Below, in pieces: positions 37,654-50,257 of a stretch of 64,000 nt of DNA; positions within the stretch are counted from its first letter, which is position 1; each line of letters starts with the position of its first letter. This DNA is from Octopus sinensis (Eukaryota), in assembly GCF_006345805.1 (NCBI RefSeq), contig NC_043007.1:10292001-10356000 (forward strand), written 5' to 3'. The position numbers were made by a program, and so were the translations under genes. The notes under the pieces are model-generated. The model made no database searches. It was not told the origin of the DNA and was given only the letters and a program-made list of their open reading frames with translations.

Positions 37654-39114
37654 GTATACATTTCTTACAAATGATCTTAGTTTAGGTCCAAATTACATGC
37701 AAGATAATGTATATAGTTTGGCATACATATGCACACACATATATTCTTACATACATTTAACTATTTTTAAATAGTTCCTAAATTCATATCCAACGTTTCT
37801 GGACCTCCAGAGTCTCAATCCAAAGGATTGAACAGAAAATGTTTGCCGTTTGAATTGTTCTTTATATACTAATGGAACTAGCGTAGACTGTCTTGACAAG
37901 TGTTATTTGATCATTGGCATATATTCTATACGTAAATGACAGATAAGGAGATATGATATATTTTTATGATTATCAATGAAAAATTATATACCATTTAGCA
38001 GTGTGTATTCTTTGATTATAAAGATGATTGAATTTTTGAGATCGTACCGGTCAGAAAAAAATGTGAGAGTGGATACCACGTCCAAAAAATGGAGGGAAAG
38101 AGCAGAAGTTGGAACAAAGTTTTTGTTAAATTCTTTGGCATCCAAACAGGGATGCAGAAAGCATTAGGTTGTATTTGGTGTAGAGAAAATACTGAGGCCT
38201 TCGTCTGGCAGTGGTCTGAACATGTGCCAGGATGATGATGTACTTTGTATAAGGTGATAACATTATATAGCAATTCAGCTTTTAGGAGTGTTAGTAGTCT
38301 TCCTGAATACCTGATTTATACAAAAATAAATGTTAAAGAAATGGATAAAATATATTACATATATGTTCTTTTACAAGAATGTGGTTGATAGTGATTTCGG
38401 AGTTTCAGCTTTCTAGCCTTTACACACAAACACTCATGCACACACTCCCCCTACAAATCTTTTCCTGAGTAAAGAGTAACATATGAAAAAGGAAAATAGA
38501 GTATATCAAAAATTGATTCATTAATGGAAATAACGTGAGGTCTTTATCATGGTGCTTGTTATGGAATTTTTGTGGGATAATATGAAAGCGGTTTTCCGTT
38601 CTCTTCCTTTGTTTCATTTTCTGCAAGTCAACATCTTGCAGACAATAGTAAATTCTGAAAGGGTAAGATAAGTATTTCAGTACTTGATTGGTGTTTCATT
38701 TTTGACGTAGAAAGAATGAAATGCAAACCTGTACTCGTTGGGATTTGAACTCAGAGATTAGAAAGATTGAAAAAAAAAAAAAACACTGCAATACACTCTA
38801 TTCGATGCTCTAAAATTGTTGCCACTCTGCCACCTTGCCCAATTTGTCTAGATGTGTGTATGAGAGTTTTCATTTTCTCTGAGCATGTATGTATGGCGGA
38901 CTCTCGCGTCGTATATGCTGGTGTTTTACGTTAGCTCACTCTCTCCATCCAAATCGACATTGCCTGTGCAGGTACACGGCGCACTACATGTCAAATGTCG
39001 AAGTGATTGCAGAACAACGTGAAATGAAGTGTTTTGCTCAAGAACATAATGCACTGCCCGCCTCCAGCATAGTAGCCACCACGGTTTTGACTCACTACTA
39101 GTCATCGTGCCTTT

Positions 39115-39347
39115 GTTCATGTACATTATACGTATGTATGTATGTATGTATGTATGTATGTATGTATGTATGTATGTATGTATGTATGTATGTATGTATG
39201 TATGTGTATGTGTGTGTCTATGCATGTATGTGTCGAAGTACATGCCTGTACATATATGTTGCATGTGTATACACATATATATTTATCTGTCTACACACAC
39301 ATATATATGTATGCATGTATATATGTGTATATATATGTATATGTATG

Positions 39348-39397
<50 letters not shown>

Positions 39398-39555
39398 GAG
39401 AAAGAAGGAAGAAGAAGAAGAAGAGGAAGAAAAAGAAGAAGAAGAAGAAGGAGGAGGAGGAGGAGGCTGAGGAGAAGAAGAAGAAGAAGAAGAAGAAGAA
39501 GAAGAAGAAGAAGAAGAAGAAGAAGAAGAAGAAGAAGAAGAAGAAGAAGAAGAAG
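39115..39555. repeat. Compound (TATG)n-(TA)n-(AAG)n microsatellite 3' of GPCR2
   Basis: Seen directly. Confidence 0.95.
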
Positions 39556-39627
39556 CTGTGTATCTGTCGGAAATTTTTGTTACAGTTTCGTAGCTTTTCG
39601 TATCCCTACATATTTCTTCGTTTCGAT

Positions 39628-40842
39628 TTATTTATGTTTTAGACTGAACATTTTTATAATTTCGTTCATAAAATTCTGGTTCCTCCAGCTGTAGATAATG
39701 GGATTTGTGCAAGAACCGATGTAAAAACTATGTCGTGCTAACCAATAGAAGAATGACGATGGTATCGACATCGTGTTTAATGACTTCAAAACTGCACTTA
39801 ATATCATGGCACCAATGCCAGGCAAATAAGTCACTATAAAGATTACAGTAATCATCATCATCGTTATAGTGGTACGCTTTATCCTGTCGGCGTGTTCGGT
39901 TGCTCGTCTTTCTTTGTTCGTTTTCCGTAGTTTAGCCCTAAGAGGCGCAATACTTTTCGTATATACCTTTGATATTTCATCTGAGGAAACTTTTGATGAC
40001 ATTTTGGTATTAGACAATTCCACGTCTTCTGTAGAAAGATTCGAAGGTAATTGATTAGAATCAATAATTTCTGGTACATTAAGCCACTTTTCTTGAATAT
40101 TATCGGGACAGCGGATGTTTGTAATACCATTGCTATTTTGTTGTTGTTCGACACATTTTGTTTTCTCCCAATCCTTCATATGTCGAAGAATTATGATGTA
40201 CAGAATAAAGAGAATAACAAACGTAACCATTGCTAAGAGACTGTAGAAGGCAAAGAATCCAAGTTGATAATAGTTAGGCTTCTTGTAGTTATTTGCTGAG
40301 CAGGAATAGCTGTAGATACCAGGATAATTAGTTGGTTTCTTAATACTTCCATAATAAAGAGGAGCAATACTTCCCTGTGTTGCACAGAAAATAAAAATAC
40401 AGACTGAGATGATTTTCGCAGCTTTCACATTTATTTGAGTCTTCAGTGGTTGGCATACTTTTCTGTATCTATCCGTTGCAATGGCCAGTAGAAAACCACA
40501 GGTACAAAATCCTGTGAATATTGCTAAACACAAATGGTACTTGCACAATATATCCCAGGTTGTCATCAAAGGGTAAATGTTTTGGACAATACGAGCTGGT
40601 ATAACACAGGCACATATGATCAAATCAACGAAAGCCAGCATCACGACAAAGAAATAAGTTGGTGAAAATTTCAAACGAAATCCATAAACGTAAATAGTTA
40701 AAATGTTTCCAACGAAACCAATGGTCATTGTTAATGCAAGAAAAATAGTAAACGGAAGTCTTATCAAAACTTGTTGTCTGTTGAGTTCTTCGATGGTGAT
40801 ATTATTCTCCGTATCGTCTGCTAAATTCGTATATGATGACAT
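39628..40842 (-). CDS. Class A GPCR, paralog 2 (404 aa from MSSY; the open frame extends to 40929)
   Basis: Intact ORF; GN, LAFVD, DRY, YSC, FIVTYLP, NPIIY; start placed at MSS by homology with paralog 1 and the acceptor at 40880-40881. Confidence 0.93.
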   Translation of the reverse strand: MSSYTNLADDTENNITIEELNRQQVLIRLPFTIFLALTMTIGFVGNILTIYVYGFRLKFSPTYFFVVMLAFVDLIICACVIPARIVQNIYPLMTTWDILCKYHLCLAIFTGFCTCGFLLAIATDRYRKVCQPLKTQINVKAAKIISVCIFIFCATQGSIAPLYYGSIKKPTNYPGIYSYSCSANNYKKPNYYQLGFFAFYSLLAMVTFVILFILYIIILRHMKDWEKTKCVEQQQNSNGITNIRCPDNIQEKWLNVPEIIDSNQLPSNLSTEDVELSNTKMSSKVSSDEISKVYTKSIAPLRAKLRKTNKERRATEHADRIKRTTITMMMITVIFIVTYLPGIGAMILSAVLKSLNTMSIPSSFFYWLARHSFYIGSCTNPIIYSWRNQNFMNEIIKMFSLKHK

Positions 40843-40879
40843 CCTTTTCCGATTTAAGGGTGTGTTTTTTCTGTTCAAT

Positions 40880-40905
40880 CTGAATAGGAAAAAATAGAAA
40901 TAAGG
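40880..40905 (-). other. Putative 3' splice acceptor of GPCR2
   Basis: TTTCTATTTTTTCCTATTCAG|AT, 37 nt before the ATG. Confidence 0.7.
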
Positions 40906-42699
40906 AATATTATCCTCAAGCTCCATCATTACTTTGGGGTAGACAAATTCATAATCAAACTCTAGGACTTAGATATACACACAACATAGAGAAAATAGTA
41001 CTAAAAGGAACTGAACTTACATAGACTACGTTTTACCTTTTACTTGTTTCAATCATTGGATGGCTGCCATGATGGAGAATATCCTCGAAGGGTTTAGTCG
41101 GTCAAATTAAATTCTCTGCTTACTTTGGTTAAAAGTCTTGTAGTTAATCAGTTGTCACTTCTGCTGAACCTTTGGAACTTAGAGAAACTAATGCATGTAG
41201 TCAAGAGGTGTGACAGGGGACAATCACAAACTGAAATACACATGCATAGACACACAGACACATACGTACTGCATGAGAACGTCTTAGGAAACGAAAGGAA
41301 CAATCCCTGAGTACTTGTACTAGCTGAACATAACATAATTGGAAAAGAGAAATATATCAGCAGGGCAATGAGATAATATATATAAAAGAAAAAATGCTAA
41401 AATAATGAAGATAGCAATCAGGTCCCAGAAAATGAAGATGATGATATCCCACTTCTTCAATAACACAAGAATGAAATCGCAGCAACCAAGAAAGACATTA
41501 TTAAAGAACTGAGTATAACCCCAAACACTGAAATAATAAAAAAAACAGCGCATATAAAGTTGAAGTATAAAATGTAAGAATGAAAGAAATACTGAGGGAA
41601 AAAGGAATCTGACTTAACAGCCATCAGCGTAACGAAATTGGACTTAGAATATAGAAATAGAAGAATAAGCATGTCAACAGACAACCGAAGTACTAAGTCA
41701 AAATTTATATAGAAGTTTATCATCTGGAAAGGGAAGTGCCGATGTGTCGATTGTTGACTACTTTTCAAAGTGAATGAATAACAAAACTATAAAAGTAAGA
41801 AAAGTTATGCAAAGTACGAAATAACAAATGAATACAGTTTTCCTGTTATCAAAGAGACTCTGAAATAATGCGTATATATAAAAGCAGAACGGGTTAGAAT
41901 ATATGAAAAAAGTTATAAATTATTGTTCTTTTCTCTATCCCTTCACGAGATTCCTGTGACTGCCGTATTTTTTATTTCATAACAGTTTCTTGATATAGTC
42001 TTCTTTATTTCTTCCAGTTTTGATAAATTAATTTTTCTTTCTTTGGGACCTGTCGCTTTGGCGAAGTTTAACATCTTCTTTGCCAAGCTTGGCACGTCTA
42101 TATTTCTGCGTACCTGCAATTTTTCTTTTTTGGTTACGCTTTTTTCCTCTTCATCGGTATCAGAGAAAAAACCGGGTATACCCATTCTTTCTGGACTGGA
42201 CATCCTGCTAACTGGTATTCTTTCTGGACTGGACATTCTGCTAACTGGACTTTTGCTTAGGACCTAGGTTCGGTCCTCAGTTCTGTCCGCCTTCGGGCTG
42301 GCCATTATTGGCCTACCCCTCCTTAGCGACTTCAATAAATGACAATCAAATAATATACTTCGAATAACAATTCAAAAAGAACTTACTTTTTTTTTCCAAA
42401 AAACAACAGCTGGTAATAAAATCCCGGTTATAACATAGACAATTCAATTGACAACTTCTATAAAAAGTAACAACAAGCGTTCCTTCTATAAAGCAACGGC
42501 ACGCAACGACAAGCGCCTCGCGCGATTTGATCTCGTTACGTCTTTCTTTTTTACAATTTTTCACTTTTTTTCCGTCCTTCCGAACAAAAAAATAACGTCC
42601 GACTCTGACGGCGTGCTAACGTTTCTGCCAGCTCGCCGCCTCAGATCAACTGAATATTAATGAATTCGAAGTAGTGCTTCAGGTATTTATGACAGTGGT

Positions 42700-43185
42700 G
42701 GTGATGTAGTGTCTGTTTTGGGTGTTAAAAACACCCAAAAGCTTTTCAGCTTTTATTTTTTCCTCTCTTCTGTTTATGTGGATGTAGACTTTTCTTTGTC
42801 AGTGGACTTGTTTTTCTTCCTGATTTTGCTTCTTTTGTTTTTTTGTTTTTCACGACTAGTTCTGACCAGACTCTCTATACATGTGATGTCTGATCGCTTG
42901 GCATCGGGAAATGGAGTATATTCTGGGGATGAAAAGTGTTTGGAGGAATTTGGAGTTCGTATGGTAGGTATTGGTACTGCCGCGGCTGATGTAGTTGCAA
43001 GCGATAGTACTGTTAATTATTTTGCTTGAGACTTGTTGGCTGTTGTTGATGCTTGTAGGAGAGGTGCTTTCTTTTCTTTTTCATTCAATTTAGGACAGAA
43101 GTCTTTTAGGTGAGTGGTTGAAAGGCATATATGGAACTTTACCTTTCTACTATCCCGCTGACTGGAATGATGATACCCCTTAGAA
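42700..43185 (-). mobile_element. L1/Tx1-like ORF1 fragment
   Basis: Frameshifted zinc-knuckle-like ICLSTTHLKDFCPK followed by low-complexity Ser/Thr/Pro/Lys sequence. Confidence 0.45.
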
Positions 43186-43474
43186 GATATGTACATCGTA
43201 CATATTCAAAGAATCTTCTTGGTTTAGTGGTACGGAACGTTCTTCCGGTATTCTTTTATTCTTTTACTTGTTTCAGTAATTTTATGGTGGCCATGCCGGA
43301 GCAACGCCCTTTAGTCGAAGTAATCGACTCCTGGACTTAATCCCTATGAGCCTGGTGCTTATTTTATCATTTTTTTACCAAACAGCTAAGTTACGGGAAC
43401 GCAAACACACCAACATCGGTTGTCAAACGATGGTGGTGGGGGACAAACGCAGACACAAACACACACGCATAAAA

Positions 43475-43512
<38 letters not shown>

Positions 43513-43729
43513 TATATATAAACTATGAGTTAGAGGTTATGCAACCGTCTAAGGGATGAATGTGTATTACGTAACTATGTATAGGCCTTGCAATAAGGTT
43601 AACAGTACGTGGAAATTTAATGGGTAAACCGTGGTTTAGTATATTCATATAATTATCTGTATACATACATACATACACACATATCTATCTATATATATAT
43701 CTAACTATCTATCTATATATGTATATAAA

Positions 43730-44140
43730 TATATATATATGTTATACTCTTTACTCTTTTACTTGTTTCAGTCATTTGACTGCGGCCATGCCGGAGCACC
43801 GCCTTTAGTCGAGCAAATCGATCCTGGGACTTATTCTTTGTAAGCCCAGTACTTATTCTATCGGTCTCTTTTGCCGAACCGCTAAGTGACGGGGACGTAA
43901 ACACACCAGCTTCGGTTGTCAAGCAATTCTAAGGGGACAAACACAGACAGACAAACATACACACAAACTTATATATATACACATATATACGACAGGCTTC
44001 TTTCAGTTTCCGTCTACCAAATCCACTCACAAGGCATTGGTCGGCCCGGGGCTATAGCAGAAGACACTTGCCCAAGTTGCCACACAGTGAGACTGAACCC
44101 AGAACCATGTGGTTGGTTAGCAAGCTACTTACCACACAGC
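43730..44140 (-). mobile_element. Full-length SINE family B, reverse orientation
   Basis: Reverse complement of 4495-4872. Confidence 0.8.
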
Positions 44141-44149
44141 TACATATAT

Positions 44150-44253
<104 letters not shown>

Positions 44254-44254
44254 C

Positions 44255-44342
<88 letters not shown>

Positions 44343-44375
44343 CTAGCTGAAGGTGACCCGCCTCTACGCGCGGGT
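44343..44375 (-). mobile_element. Helitron 3' terminus
   Basis: Minus strand hairpin ACCCGC-N8-GCGGGT then CTAG|T into (TA)n. Confidence 0.65.
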
Positions 44376-44408
44376 AAGAGTGTGGTTGTTACTTTCTGTT
44401 GCTTCCTT

Positions 44409-44720
44409 TCAGCACGTAAAAAGCACCATCCGAACGTGGCCGATTGCAGCGCCGCCTTGACTGGCTTCTCTGCCGGTGACACGTAAAAAGCACCAACCCA
44501 TCGTTGCTGCTGCGAGCCTCCCTGGCACCTGTGCCGGCGGCACGAAAAAAGCACCCACTACACTCACAGAGTGCTTGGCGTTAGGAAGGTCATCCACCTG
44601 TAGAAACACTGCTAGATCAGACTGGAGCCTGGTGCAGCCTCCTGGCTTCCCAGACCCCGGTCACACTGTCCAACCCGTGGTAGCACGGAAAACGGACGTT
44701 AAACGATGATGATGATGATG
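44409..44720 (+). mobile_element. RTE-tailed SINE-like element, paralog of 1561-1868
   Basis: Near-identical sequence and identical left junction GTTGCTTCCTTT. Confidence 0.75.
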
Positions 44721-45531
44721 ATTCTCCCTCTTTGTTTCTCTCTCCTTTCTCTCTCACTTTCCCACTCTCTTACTTTTCTTTTCTCTCGGACTCTCCCTTG
44801 CTTTCTCTTACTCTCTATCTTTATCTATCTCTCTCCCATTTATAAACAACAAAAGATCTTGAGTAAGTTGAGAAATAAAATATTTAGAAAGATCAGTCAT
44901 AAATATCAGGCAGTGGCAACGGAAAGGTCTGCTTCAAGGCAGACAGCAAAACGCTAACATTTGAAAGAGACAGACGAACTTGCGAGCTGAATAAAAATAA
45001 TAAAATATTGGAAACCAAAGTTTGAAGGGATAGAATCTGAGGATAGTAGAGTCACCATGGCTGGCATTTGTTAACGACAGACAGCAACCTATTGACAGTT
45101 TAACGGCTGGCGTAAAATTTTGAACTTGATGTAAAAGAAAATTCGTAAACACCAAGTTTTGAAGTGATACTTTCTCACGACAGTAGACACCATGGCAAGC
45201 ATTCAAAACTTCTTCATCATGGACGGCAACACATTGACGGTTAAAAGGCTGGCGCAAATTTTTTAGTTTGATGTAACAGAGAATTCCAAAACACTCGCTC
45301 CTTTAAATTTTAATCCCCTTCCAGCCCCATTTAGACCCCTTTTCACATTTTGGTTAATATAACCCGATTTCATTCGGGTCTACTGGGGCCACATTTTATA
45401 AGATGAGGAATTTTGTCCTACAGGTCACGTCTTTCATTTGAGGAAAAAAATAGTTGTCATGCAAACTTGCCAGCACTTTTAACATAGGTGTGCATATTTT
45501 CAGCTGAACCGACCGACCACATAATGCACAT

Positions 45532-45609
<78 letters not shown>

Positions 45610-46346
45610 TGTTTGTGCACGCATTATATATACAAATTATATATATGTATAAATTAAATTAGGGATAAAACCACTAATAGGCAAATGAAACAGTAAAAAA
45701 ACAAAAACATAAAAATAAAAATATAATGTAGAAAATATATAAAATATAAAATTGAAAAATTTTAATTATTTAAATTTAAAATAAAAATTATTAAATTATA
45801 TTTATAATTTGTTTAAAAATATATATAACTATCAAAAAGTATTAAAATGTTTAATATACATAAATACAGATATATACACTTTGTATATATACATTATATA
45901 TACATATTTATATATAGAACACACACACATATATAAATGAACGCAAGAAATATCTGATTCATAATATGTGTTCTCATGCTCGTGTGTTGGTCGTGGCGAT
46001 GATAATTCTCTCTATGAATGCAGACATATACATAAAAGAACGCCGTCTGACGAACTTATAAAGGGAAAGTGAAAGGGAGTTAGAGGGGAATGGAGGAAAT
46101 AATGTGAGTGAGTGAGGAAGACATTATACGTAAAAGAACGGAAGTGGACTTGTCAAAGTGGGTTTTTGGCTCCTTTTCAGATAGGCACCTTTTCAGATAG
46201 GGATTTCTAAGGTAGCCCACGGGCATCGTCACCTCATTTTACATGTCCCTGTAAATTTTGGAGCGAATCGGACGGGATGTAGTGGCTTTGAAAGCGATCC
46301 AAGTGGTAAAAACGCATTTCAGTTTTATATATATATATATATATAT

Positions 46347-47230
46347 AATGTACTGATATATGGAAAATATATGGCTTGTGTTAGTAATACCAGCGATTAT
46401 AATTATTTTTATTTTATCGCAATTTGATTTGTTTACATATTTCTCGATAAATTATGAGCGCTAGACGATATACCAGAAATCTCTAGTTTTGTCGGGACGT
46501 TCGGAGTCTGCGCAGTGATATGATTAGTTAGAGAGAGTATAATCATTAGAAGCACATGCTTCTAGTGAGTTAGGATCTCAGAAAAAACAGGGCTCTCACT
46601 GACGAATTCTCCCTGAGCAAATAAATTATCTTTGTTGCTGAAAAGAAAGAAACTGCAGTCTGAGAATAATCGAGTTAGTAATGTTTTTATCTTCATTTCA
46701 CTTAATTATCAAGCTTCTGTGTTCCTAGCACATATTCGCCTTAATGTACTGATATGGAAAATATATGGCTTGTGTTAGTAATACCAGCGATTATAATTAT
46801 TTTTATTTTATCGCAATTTGATTTGTTTACATATTTCTCGATAAATTATGAGCGCTAGACGATATACCAGAAATCCCTAGTTTTGTCGGGACGTTCGGAG
46901 TCTGCGCAGTGATATGATTAGTTAGAGAGAGTAAATCATTAGATGCACATGCTTCTAGTGAGTTAGGATCTCAGAAAAACAGGGCTCTCACTGACGAATT
47001 CTCCCTGAGCAAATAAATTATCTTTATTGCTGAAAAGAAAGAAACTGCAGTCTGAGAATAACCGAGTTAGTAAATGTTTTTATCTTCATTTCACTTAATT
47101 TATCAAGCTTCTGTGTTCCTAGCACATATTTCGCCTTAATGTACTGATATATGGAAAATATATGGCTTGTGTTAGTAATACCAGCGATTATAATTATTTT
47201 TATTTTATCGCAATTTGATTTGTTTATATA
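46347..47230 (+). repeat. About 396-bp tandem repeat, about 2.2 copies
   Basis: AATGTACTGATA at 46347, 46743 and 47138; differences mostly single-base indels. Confidence 0.9.
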
Positions 47231-47837
47231 TATATATATATGTATACATATATACATGTATATGACGAGCTTCTTTCATTTTCCGTCTACCAAATTCACT
47301 CCTGAGGCTGTGGCCGGCCCGAGGCTGTAGTTGAAGACTCTCTTTAATGTATAGAGTTGAATTTCGTTGACCTTTTGGCAACTTTTCTCCCCCGCCTCTT
47401 TTGTAGAGGGCGTTACTCATTTTTCTTGTCTCTTTTCACAACTATATCCCCTTCGAAATTTGCATTAGATTTTGAATGAAGAAGAGAAAGGTAGCGGAGC
47501 TTGTTTGTAGTTTGTAGAGAAAATATTAAACGTGCCTGAAAAGAAAACATGGTCTCTGCTTCTTCGCCTCCAACTAAAAGACATGAAAGAAGGTGAGTAA
47601 TTACCGGAGGTGGGTTGATAGAAGGGAGAACTAACAGTCAATCGTTCTAGAACTCCCAGAATAAAACGTAAACACCTGAAAAACCTTCCCTCTATTCATT
47701 ACTAAATGTCTTCATTCTTAAAAGTGAAGAAGCTAGAAAAGATCGATTTTATTTCAGTTTGATTGTCATTGTAGATGACTGATGCTTTCCTTCTTCTGTC
47801 TCTGTCTCTTCACTCCGTCCCTCTGCGGTTAAGAGAG

Positions 47838-48140
47838 GGAAGGTGCGTGGCTCAGTGCCTAGGGGTATTCGGACCACGATCGTAAACTCACGAGTACGAT
47901 TCCCTGCGGCGCGCTGTATTTTTGAGCAGTCACTCTACTTGACCTTGCTGCAGTCCACTCAGCTGGCAAAAATGAGTTGTAGCTGAAATTCAAAGGGGCC
48001 AGTTTTATCACATTCTGTGTGAGGCTGAATCTCCTTGAGAACTACCTTATGGTATGCATGTCTGTGTAGTACTCAGCTACTTGCGCGTTAATTTTACGAG
48101 TAGACTGTTCGTTGATCAGATAAACGGGAACCTCGTCGTC
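47838..48140 (+). mobile_element. Old tRNA-derived SINE (family D-like), shared with 61605-61930
   Basis: GGTGCGTGGCTCAGTG head and GTCCACTCAGCTGGCAAAAATGAGT body. Confidence 0.65.
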
Positions 48141-48904
48141 GTAATCGACGGAGTACCATTCTTTAAAAAGAGTGAAGAAAAGGAAATATTCTATACCGTA
48201 AGGCAAAAATGTCATGTGTTTAGTATAAGCAGTGAAAGCTAAGAGGAAATAATTGCTATTCCATCCTGTATTCGCCCACGACTCGCGCTCAGTTTGATAA
48301 CAACAGCCTGCACATCAGTGTTTATGAGAGGGCTTGGCCTCTACATCTGTGAGACCCACGAATACCGCTGTTAGAACCTGATTAACTTCCATGGTGACCC
48401 TAACGACTAAAAAGATTTTCCTGCTTCTATATAGGATCTTTTTTTCGTTTTCTTCCAACTACTTGAAAGTTCATCTTGCTCCAGTCCACTCAGCTGGCCA
48501 AAATGAGTTGTAGTTGTAATTCAAAGGGGCCAGCCATGTCATATTCTGTGTGAGGATGAATCTGTCTCAGAACTACGTTAATGATATACATGTATGTGGA
48601 GTACCCAGCCATTTGCGAGTTAATTTTATCCTCGTGTGGTAAAGAAAAGAGAAATTGACACCCAATATTTGCTGTGTCTATGTATCTATGTATCAACATT
48701 TTTTTGGTATTATGTATCTACTGTCTCTCTCAAATTCACTCTTACCCTTTCACATCCTCTGTGCCCCTCGTCTCCCCCCTTTTGATTTAACAATGCATGT
48801 ATCTATGTACCTATTTCCCTTGCGATGTGATAAACACCTAAAACATAAAACGAACTCCGTCACCACGCTCAGGTACACACAAAAAGAACAAACTGGCATA
48901 TTAT

Positions 48905-48935
<31 letters not shown>

Positions 48936-49218
48936 AATAATAATGATGATGATGATAATAATAATGATGATGATAATAATAATAATGATGATGATGATGA
49001 TAATAATAATGATGATGATAATAATAATAATGATGATGATGATAATAATAATAATGATGATGATGATGATAATAATGATGATGATGATGATAATAATGAT
49101 GATGATGATGATAATAATAATGATGATGATGATAATAATGATGATGATGATGATAATAATAATGATGATGATGATAATAATAATAATAATGATAATAATA
49201 ATAATGATAATAATAATA

Positions 49219-49335
49219 AATGTGCCTGGTGTACCTTTATCAGACGGGTAGTCATGATGGGTATATTGGGCTTCGTATATTTTACCCCAGTGTCACTTTG
49301 ATGGCATGAACTGCTCTCTCACTCAATAATAATAA
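49219..49335 (+). mobile_element. 5'-truncated (TAA)n-tailed element inside (ATG/ATA)n array
   Basis: Matches the 3' 115 bp of 22092-22585; absent at the paralogous site 62680-62790. Confidence 0.8.
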
Positions 49336-49466
49336 TAATTATGACAAGAAGAAGAAGAGAAATGAGTTATGACCAAAGAAATATATTCTGTGTATCGTAT
49401 GTGACAAACAGGCTATATTTCTTTACCATAAAGACCATTTGAATACACAATAAAATAAAGCAAGGC

Positions 49467-49560
49467 ACTTACTCAGAAATTATAGGTTCGTTCGGTAGTT
49501 GTGGAGCTCGCACAATGATATGAAGCTAAAGCAACGATGTTCTTCATACAGGAATAAGTT
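49467..49560 (-). other. Putative non-coding first exon end and donor for GPCR2
   Basis: CTGA|GTAAGT at 49472 on minus. Confidence 0.55.
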
Positions 49561-49728
49561 AAAACACTCGATGTCAGTCTCTCTCTCTATATATATGTGC
49601 ACAAACGAACAAAATTCTCGGACCTTGAGTCACGCTGTTGCACCTGCAAAATATTAGCAATATGTGTGTGTGAGAGGTGGGGGTTCGTGGATGTGTGTGT
49701 GTATACATACACCTACGCGCGAATACAC

Positions 49729-49792
<64 letters not shown>

Positions 49793-49913
49793 TCTTTTCT
49801 CCACTTAAGCTTATGTGCATGTTCCATACTCATTGCTGTCGTTTAATTTCCTGAAACTTGTTTAGCGCATCCTATTATGTTATAGTGTATTTCATTACTA
49901 CATGAAGACACAT

Positions 49914-50257
49914 GTGAAGGCGTGTGGCTCAGTGGTTAGAGCATCGAGCTTACGATCGTGAGGTTGTGAGCTCGAATCCCGGACCGGGCTGCGTGTTGTG
50001 TCCTTGAGCAAGACACTTTATTTCACGTTGCTCCAGTTCACTCAGCTGTAGAAATCAGTTGCGACGTCACAGGTGCCAAGCTGTATCGGCCCTTGCCTTT
50101 CCTTTGGACAACATCGGTGACGTGGAGTGGGGAGGCCGGTATGCATGGGCGACTGCTGGTCTTCCATAAAAAAACAACCTTGCCCAGACTTGTGCCTAAG
50201 AGGGTAACTCTCTCGGTGCAAACCCATGGTCAGTGTCTGACCGAAGGGGGTCACCAT
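49914..50257 (+). mobile_element. tRNA-derived SINE with 12-bp TSD
   Basis: Box A TGGCTCAGTGG, box B GCTCGAATCCC; TSD ATGAAGACACAT at 49902-49913 and 50258-50269. Confidence 0.9.

Noticed and set aside
40843-40929. 29-aa N-terminal extension MMELEDNIPYFYFFLFR... in paralogs 2 and 3 (also 57936-58022)
   Set aside because: The homologous frame in paralog 1 has an in-frame TGA, and the Phe/Tyr-rich stretch is the translation of a polypyrimidine tract ending in CAG; better explained as a splice acceptor.
49914-49990. tRNA genes at SINE heads (also 4495, 6294, 9503, 54763, 58857)
   Set aside because: Box A/B are present but no complete cloverleaf; each continues into a repeated SINE body, some with TSDs.
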